Assembly (NCBI GenBank): GCA_011109175.1 | Contig: RDEW01000005.1 | Coordinates: forward strand, 186,001 to 250,000 | From: Dicyema japonicum | Lineage: Eukaryota; Animalia; Dicyemida | Direction of reading: 5' to 3' | Length of the DNA: 64,000 bases | Shown here: positions 13,130 to 24,408 of the stretch, piece after piece | How positions within the stretch are numbered: position 1 is the stretch's first letter | Layout: each line of letters starts with the position of its first letter | Translations under genes and position numbers: made by a program | The notes under the pieces: generated by a model | Database searches by the model: none | What the model was told of the DNA's origin: nothing | Seen by the model: the letters and a program-made list of their open reading frames with translations, nothing else

Positions 13130-13725
13130 ACAAAGAGATATAATCAAGTGATAGACTTTTACAGAATCGAGAGGTTTTAGCCGTGCTCCATCTAATTAAG
13201 TGATACCGGTAGACTTCAACAGCCTTTCTGAATCCACGACGCTCTCTTTCATTAGAATTTGGATAGGAGTGGGTTTTTTCCTCAATTTACGTGTTTTGGG
13301 GGCTTCTTATTGATTGAAGCGGTTGTATTCCGAGCCGCAGAGGTGATAAAGTCGGAACTATTATTCCTGATTGCCTGTCGCATTAGTTAAGCGGACCATT
13401 TTGCTCTTAAAAAATTAATCGTGTAGAAGTCCGAAATTTAAATTTCTCAAGACGGAGGAGGCACAGGCATACTCCACCGTCGACTTTAAGAGCTGATTAT
13501 ATAGGACAGCAGTACATTCTTGTGTTGGCTGAGTTCTGGATTTTAGAAATGATTCAATGATGTTGAGTCTCCGGAAACCCTTTGCCAGAACGTTCTTCAT
13601 ATGTTGGGAAAAAGAGAACAAAAGTCCAAGGTATCCCAATTTTCTTATATGTTTCTGCATTGAAATAACAACAATCTGGAACTTCCGCAACTGTTGAAGC
13701 CAAAAACAGAATAAATCTATCAATC
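13130..13725 (-). mobile_element. LINE RT C-terminal fragment; duplicate at ~33530-34150
   Basis: LGYLGLLFSFSQHMKNVLAKGFRRLNII...LYNQLLKSTVEYAC, typical RT thumb region. Confidence 0.6.
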
Positions 13726-13910
13726 AATCATTAATTGATTAATTCATTTCATTGACATTTAACTGTTAATTATGGACTTGCTTTCACGTTACAAACCTGA
13801 GGATCGGAGAACCTGATTGTGGCTATTACACTGAAATTAAAGCCTTATCAATAAAATACCGCATTTTGCGATTATTATAGATTAAAAATAGTTTTCCGTG
13901 AAATTGAGAA

Positions 13911-14937
13911 ATGAGTTTAGTTTTTTCGTCTTAACTTTAATTTCTACCACCTTAATACGTTCGACGAAATTCGACGACGAGAAAATTGAATAAGCATTTT
14001 TACTATCCAACAATCAATTATATCCTCACACCATATTTGAAAAATGTCAGTTTCTAAAAACTGTAATTTTCACTAAAATTCTGAGATATCGAATTTTTTA
14101 AAAATCAAAGCAAGTCAGAGCTTATAGTAACTTGCACCAACTCTTCAAAAATTAAACTTTACTACGAAGGTACGATTAATCATAATATTTAGAAGCACCA
14201 ACAGCAATTTATAAGCTGGATGAAAATTTAAATTTTCTATCAATTCTTTTCAAAGAAAGAAAAATTATAAAAATTTTAAGGAGAAATTAGTATTGGTAAT
14301 AATTATTTATTTTAATTAATTGAAAATCTAAATTTATTAATAGATTGACGAACCATACAGAATAGACTTTGATCCTGAAAGAGAATATTTTTTGATAAAG
14401 AAACTCAAAAATTTCTCTTTTATTTATTGTATCAATATTTTTAAATGAAGTTGCTACATTTGGTACTTTTTATTAAAATATTTGATTTTCCGATTAATTT
14501 TTCATGGTTTGAACATTAATCCTGGAGGAGACAAAATTGATTTTTACATTAAAACGAATGCTTATAATTTTCATCTGCAACTTTTTGTATTGAAAATTCT
14601 TGCGAAAATTTCACGAAAGGTAATTTACTTTATTAAATTTTAGAAAAGGTTGGATTCTCTTCGAGACGTTCTCAAATTGTTTTGAGGAATGCAACTTTCT
14701 CGTTGTGTCAAGGGAATACAGAAATTTATGATTTTGAGTACAAAATAATATATATTAAACCCGATGCATTCAAAACAATTGCGCGTCTCAATTTTATTAT
14801 CCTTATCAAATATTATTTTAATCTATTTTTTATACATCGGAAAAGAATCAAAAAATGGATTTATTCTGGTAAAAGTCAACCTTTTTAAAATATCATGAAG
14901 CTCCAGACTTCATAACCTTAACACTTTATTAATGTGA
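13911..14937 (+). CDS. Orphan type I membrane protein gene, copy 1 (frameshifted)
   Basis: Homologous to 34345-35374, with the same tiny introns and C-terminal transmembrane segment. Confidence 0.5.
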
Positions 14938-16309
14938 TTGCACATTTTACTAATCAACGCTGTACTCTAAAATTTATGATTTTATTCGTTAAAAATTTAA
15001 TTATAACTGAACCATTCTTAAAAATTACCCAGCTTGGTTGAGGTGGTAACGTACTCTATTGTACGGAATGTCTGATTTGCTTATTGTGGATGAAGCCCAT
15101 GTCTTCTCGTGGCCACGAACGAAGTGAAGAACTTAGGAGATGTCGAAAACTCAAACTCCTGAACAAAGGAATGATTTGGCAGGTGGACAAAGTATCCGGT
15201 TACAGATCCATCACAGCCAAAAATTGGAAGAACTTGGAGGACCATCTATCAGAAGCTGCACGTGTATGATTATTTAATTTATCTAGAGAAAGAGGATAAG
15301 ATCCATGTTTGAATCTATTCCGGCCCAAAAATCGGAGAACTTGTACTTTGAAAAAATAAATTTTACATTATTTATTGCTCCGAGATTACTGGGTTAATAA
15401 AGAAAAAATATCACAAAACGACAAGAAAGAGAAAAGATACAGTCGACAACTTGCATCTGAAATGGATTCTGTAGGAAAATTAATATTAGAGAATTTTTTG
15501 CCATAAAATGCCATTTTCAGGTAAGTTAATTTTTAATGAAAATCAATTTCATTTTTATTAATGAGTTAATATTTTAATGAAAATCAATTTATTACAGAAA
15601 AACGAGAAAACTATAATATAACAGCCGTCCTGACTGCGTGGCTATTCCCCCTCAGGATAGCGAGCGAGATTTGCTCAAATAACCAACAGCGCTCATGGGG
15701 GTTCTCATGATCGTGTAGAAATCGATGAGTTAAATATAAAAATTTATTAAAAATGTTTTACCTTACGAAATTGTAGACCCTATTTTTGATTTTAAATGCC
15801 ATAATGCAATTAAACTTTTGCCGTACTGGGGCCAAATATATTGAATATTTGTTTAATCTTGGAGCAGATCATGACCTACTGAACTGTATCTTTGAAAGAG
15901 GCCATTTTGAACTTCCTCCTGGGTACTATCTCTAATTTCGTCGACGTGATCATGTCTTGATTTCTTTTTTATGCTTCTGAAATGTGAGTTTCTTATGTTT
16001 AGTTTGATGACGTAAGCTTTTCGTCTCTTGGCTCTGAATAGTCGTTCGATATATTTTTGCTCCGCGATCAAGTTGAGTTACATCGTCCTTAACATTGTTA
16101 GAAGCATTTTTCGGCGATTTTCCTTTTGATTTGATTAAGGGATCATTCTTTGATTGAAAAGGTCGTTATTATGTATTTATATAAACGCTTCGCATAATGT
16201 TTAAGTAACTCTCTGGAGATATGTCATACGTTCCCTTATGGAGTTAATAGCATTAACCTTCTCGGTCAATACAGGATACGAAGATATGAACCTTTTAGGT
16301 AACTAGTCG

Positions 16310-19300
16310 GGATTATAGCATGTGCAGCAAAAGAAACAAGGTTAGATGTCATCCTTTTCCATACTCCCCTGTTCCTAGCCAAAGCTCTCATGTTGTCCAG
16401 GTCGTCGGCATTTTTTAGATTTCTTTTGATATTAACCAGTTCTTTTTGTAAGACTATTGGCAGTGTTGTTCTAAGTCTTCACACGATAGCGGCCTTCTTA
16501 CTAACATAGTATGTTTTCTATAGATATGTCGGTGGGATGTTAATTCCATCCTCAGCACGTGTCCGAAGAGCTTCCATCGGGATTCCAGTTACTTCTAAGC
16601 TGATAGGTCTAGTGCTGCATCTCTTATATAAAGCATTCCTCGATATTCTCGTAGGCCAAGTAGTTCCTGTTATTTTTCTCAGCTGTCCTCTGTGGAACGA
16701 GTCTAGTTTTTCCATATCCGCTGATGAGGTCGCCCAAGTTCCAGCGTTATATAAAAGTACGGGTTTTATGAATGAGTCGTATAATAGGATTCTCATTTTC
16801 GTGTCGATGCCTTTTTGATTGAGCCATAGATTCTTCAGTTTATATAACGCAGCATTGGCTAGAGTTTTCCTACGTAAAATATCTTCGCTATCTCTCATAA
16901 GTGAACCGAGTTTCTATACTTGTCGCCACTTCTCTTCTAGGACGTTACTCATCCTTATCTCTGTGAGTTCTGTTTTCTCTCTGTTCACAGTAAGAAACCA
17001 TTTCCCTAGTACATCTGGTGCTTTTTTCTAATAGGCTTTCAGGGCCGTATTTCAGTACTTCTGGGTTTATCCCATCTGGTCCGGGGCTTCTGTTATTCTT
17101 GAGTTTTCGGCAAGCCGTTTTGATTTTTTCGGCCGTGATTGGTATCTCCAGGGGTCTTGGCCTTCCATCAAATGGGTGGATTTCTATAGTTTTGATGTTG
17201 AAAAGCTTCTCAAAGTGAGCTACGTTGGCTTCAGTTTGTTCTTTGATGTTCAGTATCAGCTTACCGTTCGCGTCTTTTATGGTTAGTCGACTTCGGTTTG
17301 TTCACCGCAGCAAACGATCAGCGACGTACACATATGAGTTGTCTTTCAATTTGTTTACTTCTATACAGGAAGCTATTTTTTTTATGAAAAGCTTCTTGTT
17401 CAGACCCTTTATTTTTCTTCTGACACGTTGCCTTTCGCCCTGAAGGGTTTTTCTCGGATTAGCGTCAGTGGCATTTGATTTTCTCATGTTTATTTCTTTT
17501 AAACTTTTCGCAAGCTCAGGAACATCTGGATGAATAGCCTTCAGGTGCATTTTACTATTCTCCCTTTTGCCAAAACATGCTTCAGCAGCTTCGTTGATGG
17601 TGTCCTTTGTGCGTTTCCAGGAGTCTTCTAGCGAGGTATCTGCCAATACGTCCTGCATATGAGTCTGAATGTAATGTTGATATCTCTCAGTAGTCTCCGG
17701 TTGGGAAATCAGCCTTTCAGTCGCGTAGTCGCCTCTGATTTTCTCAAATTCGTGATTTTTGTCATTCTTGTATTTGATGACATGTTTTTTCAGGGTGAAG
17801 GTCGCAATAACCATCTTGTGGTCGTCCAGCCTTCATATGAACGTGCGTTTACTAGAAGGTGTTTGTCTTTAGCCCGGCATATGACATAATCTATTTGGTT
17901 GTATATTGGGACCAGCTTTCCTCTGAGTTCCTTCGCTTCCCCATCCACGTAGTTTTGTGGCAACCAGTATTGCATAGGAAAAGGTTATTTGCCATACAAA
18001 AGTGACCAAGTATTGTCCCGGGTATGTTTCTTATTCCACGTCCATGTTCTCCCAAGAAAACATCATCCGGGTTATTCTTCATCCCGATTTTCGCATTCAA
18101 ATCCCAGCAATGAGTATTAGTGATGACGACTCATATTCGTTGTACGTCCGTAACAGTGTTGAATAGAAGTCGTCTAGTTCTGTCGGATCTTTCGCTACTC
18201 TCCCGCAGTGTGGCGCATAAACATTTACAATTGTCAGAACGCTCTTCGAAGGAGGTAAGTCGTTTAGTCGGATTTGTATAGCACAGATCCTATCATTCAC
18301 ACTCCATAAACGGTGGACTGCACTTGTCAACTTTGAGTGGATGGCAAATCCAAGTCCATAATATTTTGATTCGCTCGGCTGACATATAATTCGAGGTTCT
18401 AGGTAAATTCATCGCTAAATTCATCGCGAGGTAAATTCATCGCCGGTTAATTCAAGCGACCACGTGGGTTCTTGAAAGAAGTCGAAATTTTGATTTTTTT
18501 ATACTATCATTAAAATGTGACGTTGGAGATTTATTTGACGATATGAGTCACGTGGCCAGATCCCTAAGATAGAAAAAATTTGAAAACCTCAATTCTCCAA
18601 ATAGTGTTAAATTTTAATCAACGATGTGCACCACACGTGTGTGTATTGATTAAACTGATAGAAAAATTATTGATTATCTTACTGATTATTGATTAATAAT
18701 AAAGGTCAAACTTTAAATGTATATTTATGATAATATAATTTTTAGAAAACAAGTTTATGACAATTATTAACAAAAACATTGTGTTAATTTCTAAAATGCT
18801 AAATTATAGGAAATGCCTTTTAAAAAGAAACACAATTGCATGCATCCATTACTCTTGTGTTTAAAATAGAGATGAATACTGTCCTCAGCATTAAAGAAAC
18901 TGGCCAATTTTATGGTTCAATTGTCGTATATAGATGAATACTGACAGAGTTATTTATTTTATTATTTGTTAGCCACAGGCGTACAATCTTTGGTAAGCCT
19001 AGCAAAAACAGTTATTAGTAATTAATCCAAGGAGGGAACGCAAAAGAGAACGTTTTCTTGTGACAACTAAATTAATCCCCCCAATAATACATGGCAGGCA
19101 TACGTCAACTTATGAAGACGAGGTGAAAAAATAGGTCCTCTCTCTTCAATTTTCATAGGTCCTACCGTCACGGATACGTGACTCCTATCGCCGAATAATC
19201 TCCAAAATCGCAATTTAACAATAATATAAAAAAATCAAAATTTCGACCTCTTCTATCTAGAAACCCGCCCACGTGGTCCTTGATTTAACTGGGATGAATT

Positions 19301-19553
19301 TACCGGCGATGAATTTACCGGTTACCATAATGGTTCTATGAATTTACCGGTTACATCAAGTCTACAAGTAACTTTCGTCTCTTGTAGGCACCCAATAGAT
19401 ACGTCATATCTCTCCAGGTCGTAGATAAGCCTCTAGCATTGAACGTAAGGACCTTTAGACGAGATGAATCCCTTTGTATCCCTTGCGTTTTAGACATTTT
19501 ACTCAATTGCGATCCAATCAAGAAACGAGGCACGTCACCACCTCACCAAAAAA
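16310..19553 (-). mobile_element. RTE-clade non-LTR retrotransposon with internal RT deletion, interrupted by a MITE
   Basis: LKVLTFNARGL, CLQETK, YGLGFAIHSK, VNVYAPH, NQIDYVICR (endonuclease); LLYDSFIKPVLLYNAGTW...LDSFHRGQLRKITG.TWP.RIS (RTE-type C-terminus). Truncated duplicate at 36730-37287. Confidence 0.85.
18402..19354. mobile_element. Foldback MITE (~950 bp) with ~200-bp imperfect terminal inverted repeats
   Basis: 18402-18600 is the reverse complement of ~19150-19354, including tandem GGTAAATTCATCGC(C) units and gtcgaaattttgatttttttata. The interior is AT-rich and non-coding. It splits the RTE endonuclease ORF. Confidence 0.85.
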
Positions 19554-19959
19554 AGGTAACTCCTCGGGAGATATGTGATACGTTCGCTTATGGAGTTAAT
19601 AACATTAACAGTAGTTAACCTTCTTGGTCAATCATACAGGTTACGAGAGATACCTCCGTTAGTGATGATCAGTTATACGTTTTATTAGCGAGTAAACGAA
19701 AAGACGAATGCTTAAATAAGTTTTTTTTCACGAGTCTTATTCTAGAGCTAAGACTCTGTATGCATCCCCTCTTTGTTGTTTTCTTAAAGTCCGTTAAATA
19801 AGTTAAGATTAGAATTTCTTCCGAAAACTGATAATCCTTTTTTCAACATCCTTTCATATGAGACTGACCAGTACAAATTTCGTTTTTGGGTCTGGTTAGG
19901 TAATTACCCAATGAAGTCTTTGTGAGACCTCGCATTTCTTGGGAAGAAAGATGGAGATA

Positions 19960-20330
19960 AATGGGAATTTTTTGAATTCCTTTCTTCGTATAACGTCAGA
20001 ATCATCCTGTATCGTGATTTTGAAGACTTTTTCGCTTCCCGGCCACGTATCTTTAAAATCATTTTCTGCTCGCAATAAGCGATTAAATAAGGTTCAACAA
20101 GGGTTTGTGCGATCCAATGATCCCTGATGTTTCAAAAACGACTATTTTAAAAATGAACTGCCTGCCGAGACTGTAGTACTTCTTTTTAAGGGTCTCGGCA
20201 TTTTCCGAGGCTGATCATGGATGAGCTTACGACACACACTAGGCGATTGCATTAGAAAACTGAGACAACCTGAGGCTCCATTTATATAACTTCACAAAAA
20301 AGTCAAGTAGGCTGCCAGGGTATTGTTTAC
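19960..20330 (-). mobile_element. CRE-clade retrotransposon 3' REL-domain fragment (diverged subfamily); duplicate at ~37390-37730
   Basis: ENAETLKKKYYSLGRQFIFKIVVFETSGIIG resembles the CRE AE..K..KY..L...F.P...ET.G motif. Confidence 0.6.
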
Positions 20331-20499
20331 GATCTTCTAATTGCCCAAAAACCTTTTCGTGGCTATAACCAAGAAACCAGTAATCGGGTTTGAATTTTGA
20401 GTTTTTTCATCAAAGATAACATCACAGAAACAAAACTGGTAGACCTCTCATTAGATTCATTTGGATCTTTGCAATTTTGATGAGTTCTAGGCATTAGAA

Positions 20500-23400
20500 C
20501 CATCAAAACGATACAAAACAAATGTGAACGAACCACGAAGTTACCCCGGTTTCATAACGGTTCTAACGACTTTTTCTCCTTGTGATAAGCGATCCAATGT
20601 GGTTCTGCAGAATCAGTGATCTGCTTCATATGAGTCCTGATGTTTCTCGGCGACTGACTCAAAGATGAACTGTCCACTGAGATGTTCATATTTACTCTTC
20701 TTTAGCGTCTCGACCTTTTCCGGGTTAGTTTCAGTCATAGGAAGGTTGGAGGGAGAGGCTATCCACATAGGTGGGGTCCCAGGCAAGGTAGTTGTTCCGC
20801 CGACTCCAATTAGATAGGAAATCCGGACACCTCAAGTCCCCAAGCAATTCCTCCGTTGATTGCGGTGTGTCTTGGACTCGTTCCAGCACTCCTCCGGCAT
20901 GAAAGAGCGTGAAATTTTTTCGCGTCGACCATTCCTCCACATCTACAGTGATGTAGCATACAAAAATCCATTCCGAGGAGGAAGGAAACCCCAATCCTAG
21001 TCACGTCGTCATTCAATAGTGTCCCAAGTGAGTTGCATGGTAATTCTCTGAGATTTTATGAACAAGGGAAGCGTCGGGTCTGGTACATGTTAAATTTCAC
21101 CAGCAAACGAATGATTCTTAAAGTAAAAACCATTCAGGAAAAAATAGAAAAGAAAAAAAGTAAAGATAAATTATTTCGATTTATGGCCAGTCTTCTTATC
21201 GACAAACACATACTCATCCATTTCACCATCGACTGGCATGACAAAAAAGTCGTTATTATCAGTGAAATGGGAGTCTGAAGATTCCTCAGGATGTTTTGGG
21301 TCATTTTTTTGAGAAAATCCAGTGTAGGGACCTAAATTATCGAAGGAGGTTAGTAATAGCTCATTCATTGTGACAACACAAAAATCTAATACTTCATCGT
21401 CGAATTTTGGTATTTCTCTATTGGCTAGCATTTTTTCTATAATAATACCACGTGGGCAACCTTGTTGCATAAGAAACTCAAGTTTTGCTAGATAGTCTGC
21501 GTTGTATTCTTTCAGTTTCTGAGAAGATGTACGCAGATAATTGATGTATTTGATAGAATTGCCCAGTATCAGTCTACGTGAAGGCTTGATGTGAGATATT
21601 TCGGAAACCTTATTTTTGTCGGTGGGAAGTAGTTTAAACATTTTTTTGAAACTGGCTGACAAGATTTGTGAATTCTTTCTTTGCCTTGAGTTTTTGACTT
21701 CATTAGCTGTCAAGAATTTATCTTCAGAATTGCTATCGTCCTGGTTTGGGTTTATCATTAAGCTCTAAATTACATCAAATAATATAATGATGCAACCGGT
21801 TCACAAATTATACTATTTTTATCAAATTAATTAAATCTTTTATATTTACTATCAAATACAAAATATTTACAACAAATTAATATTTTCTTTATTTATTTAT
21901 TTATTAACACCAAGCTTAGGTGTAACACAATCTTTGGTGAAGGCTAAAATTAAAAAAATGGCATTATATGACATCTCAATTTCGAAAAATGGCATTTATG
22001 GCATCCCAAGTGAGTTGCATGCTCTGAGCCAGGCATCACTTACGATATGGATGCAGAAACCAGGCAAGCCAGACGGTGCTGATCAAGCTCAGGATCTTCG
22101 AGCATAAAAGATTATCCCATTCACGTTGTTTAGTAGCGTTCTTCGGGAATCTCACACTCTGTTGCGTCCAGACTTACCGAGCCATGCATACCACTGTTCA
22201 GAGTCTGATCCATTAATGTAGCATGGGATCTGTCGTGTGAGACCACTGGAAGCAAATGTCGAAGATAGAAATTCCGGGAGGACGAGTTCTAGTAGTGAGC
22301 ATATTCCGATTCCTCCATAAGTTCAGTGGGGTATGATTGCTGATGGTGTACAATCAATGCACAAGGAAAAGGGCAGGGAACCAAGGGGGTCGCCTTGTTG
22401 GACTTCAGTTTTGGATTCGATGATGTGTTGTCCGATGATCAGAGTGCATGGGAAACCATATGAGAGTTTCACCATTCTGCTAATTTCCGGGATCCTGGAG
22501 ATGCTAGCTTCTATGATTATATCTCTGCGGATGTCCAGTTTGAATATTATAGCATTCGTGGTGTCTGGCAGACTGGAACCAAAGTTCAGGATTGAGTGAT
22601 TACTGCCTCGTAGCCATGATGAATTCCAACCCCAAGTTGAGTAGGGTTCAGTTGGGGCTTAGAGTCTCGCTCGCTGCTCTGGCAGCAATTTTCGCCGTCA
22701 GGCGCTGAATACGTTGCTTGGTCCATTAAAAGGTTTTCTGAAGACGATCAGTTCGGATGCAAAAAGGAGTTCTCTGGCAAAGTCGGAGATATCAGACCGA
22801 AAATGCGGTCTGTAAGGGTCTTTATTCAATTAATGAAAAATTTCCCCATATCAGCGGTTGTGGCAGGAGTAAAGTCTTTCATATGGCTCGGACGTAGGCC
22901 ATTCAAGCCAGCACTGCAGTTTCCTGGGGAGGATGAAATAGCAGATCTTATATCACTTGTGGTGGTTACCAAATGTGGAATGTCCTTCCTAATTTTAGTC
23001 TCGTGTAGATGCGACGGGGCGGATGGTGTTTTTAGACGGTAAGCTCGGGTTTTCGTTAGTTGGTAAAAGAACCTTGTCGTTGTTGGAGAGCGAGTCCAGG
23101 GTTCCCGAATGTCCCGACTATGATATTCTTATTCACTTTTTGTGTAGATCCCATTTGTCTTTCTTGATCATGGATGATGGATGTGAATGATCAGCGATTG
23201 GCAGCTGTTAGACACGCCGACCTTGGGATCCTGAGTGAAACAAGCTGGTTCAAACGGCGTAGGCATTCATCCGTGTTAGAGAGGTCCAGGACAAGCCCAG
23301 AGGAGGGATCCTTCAGCCCACTGTGATTCCCAAGACATGAGGGCATGACCACTTTAGCAGAAGTCCTTCTTGTTAGCTTTTAGTACCCAACGTGTCCAAA

Positions 23401-23560
23401 ATTTGGGAAATGGGAACATTTTATACCGAATTTCCTCTTGTTTGCTATGGAACAGATAAGACAGAGAAAGACATGTGACAAGTAAAGTTTATTACGTCTA
23501 CTTTCAATTCATTGTCGTTCATTCTGGAAGTGAGGTTTACTATTTTAATCGAGACTCGAA
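20500..23560 (-). mobile_element. CRE-clade non-LTR retrotransposon ORF (PHD-RT-REL), degenerate; contains a 955-bp insertion at 21051-22005
   Basis: GLNGLRPSHMKD, LNPTQLGVG..HGYEAVI, FKLDI, VQQGDPL (RT); CRCGGMVD..FHALSC...RHTAIN, LAWDPTYVDSL, KKSKYEHLSGQFIF (CCHC and REL); N-terminal CLIC...GIKC...GHVG...KWSCPSC. Confidence 0.85.
21171..21758 (-). CDS. Intronless Max/Myc-like bHLH-Zip protein, subtype A (195 aa, intact)
   Basis: Helix 1 ILSASFKKMFKLLP, helix 2 KPSRRLILGNSIKYINYL (compare Max KASRAQILDKATEYIQYM), heptad L-L-Y-L zipper, acidic C-terminus. Confidence 0.8.
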   Translation of the reverse strand: MINPNQDDSNSEDKFLTANEVKNSRQRKNSQILSASFKKMFKLLPTDKNKVSEISHIKPSRRLILGNSIKYINYLRTSSQKLKEYNADYLAKLEFLMQQGCPRGIIIEKMLANREIPKFDDEVLDFCVVTMNELLLTSFDNLGPYTGFSQKNDPKHPEESSDSHFTDNNDFFVMPVDGEMDEYVFVDKKTGHKSK

Positions 23561-23820
23561 AAGCGTCCCACTAGAACAACATTAGTTAATTGGTGGTTGA
23601 AGTGGTGACGCACTTCTATTGACCAGAATGCCTATTCGGCTTTTGGTGGATAAAAGAATTTATTTTTATGAGCATGGATAAAGTGATGTGGTCAGGATAC
23701 ATTAGATTTTATCAACAAGGGAAGCGTCTGGTACATGGTTTAAATTTCACCAGCAAACGAATGATTCTTAAAGTAAAAACCATTCAGGAAAAAATAGAAA
23801 AGAAAAAAAGTAAAGATAAA

Positions 23821-24408
23821 TTATTTCGATTTATGGCCAGTCTTCTTATCGACAAACACATACTCATCCATTTCACCATCGACTGGCATGACAAAAAAGT
23901 CGTTATTATCAGTGAAATGGGAGTCTGAAGATTCCTCAGGATGTTTTGGGTCATTTTTTTGAGAAAATCCACTGTAGGGACCTAAATTATCGAAGGAGGT
24001 TAGTAATAGCTCATTCATTGTGACAACACAAAAATCTAATACTTCATCGTCGAATTTTGGTATTTCTCTATTGGCTAGCATTTTTTCTATAATAATACCA
24101 CGTGACCAACCTTGTTGCATAAGAAACTCAAGTTTTGCTAGATAGTCTGCGTTGTATTCTTTCAGTTTCTGAGAAGATGTACGCAGATAATTGATGTATT
24201 TGATAGAATTGCCCAGTATCAGTCTACGTGAAGGCTTGATGTGAGATATTTCGGAAACCTTATTTTTGTCGGTGGGAAGTAGTTTAAACATTTTTTTGAA
24301 ACTGGCTGACAAGATTTGTGAATTCTTTCTTTGCCTTGAGTTTTTGACTTCATTAGCTGTCAAGAATTTATCTTCAGAATTGCTATCGTCCTGGTTTGGG
24401 TTTATCAT
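23821..24408 (-). CDS. Intronless Max/Myc-like bHLH-Zip protein, subtype A (195 aa, intact)
   Basis: Differs from the 21171 copy at 3 residues (CP versus WS, T versus S). Confidence 0.8.
   Translation of the reverse strand: MINPNQDDSNSEDKFLTANEVKNSRQRKNSQILSASFKKMFKLLPTDKNKVSEISHIKPSRRLILGNSIKYINYLRTSSQKLKEYNADYLAKLEFLMQQGWSRGIIIEKMLANREIPKFDDEVLDFCVVTMNELLLTSFDNLGPYSGFSQKNDPKHPEESSDSHFTDNNDFFVMPVDGEMDEYVFVDKKTGHKSK

Noticed and set aside
15060-15300. DEAH/RecQ helicase fragment (LLIVDEAHVFSW in one frame)
   Set aside because: A single motif with no Walker A or other helicase motifs in either duplicate copy.
18402-18460. Short direct repeats (GGTAAATTCATCGC) as a CRISPR array
   Set aside because: Units are ~14-15 bp, abut without unique spacers, are mirrored at 19290-19354 as part of a TIR, and the DNA is eukaryotic with no cas genes.
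21440-21460. E-box (CACGTG) autoregulation of the bHLH genes
   Set aside because: CACGTG is scattered throughout the window, including in unrelated transposons; the site inside the ORF changes with codons and no enrichment is evident.
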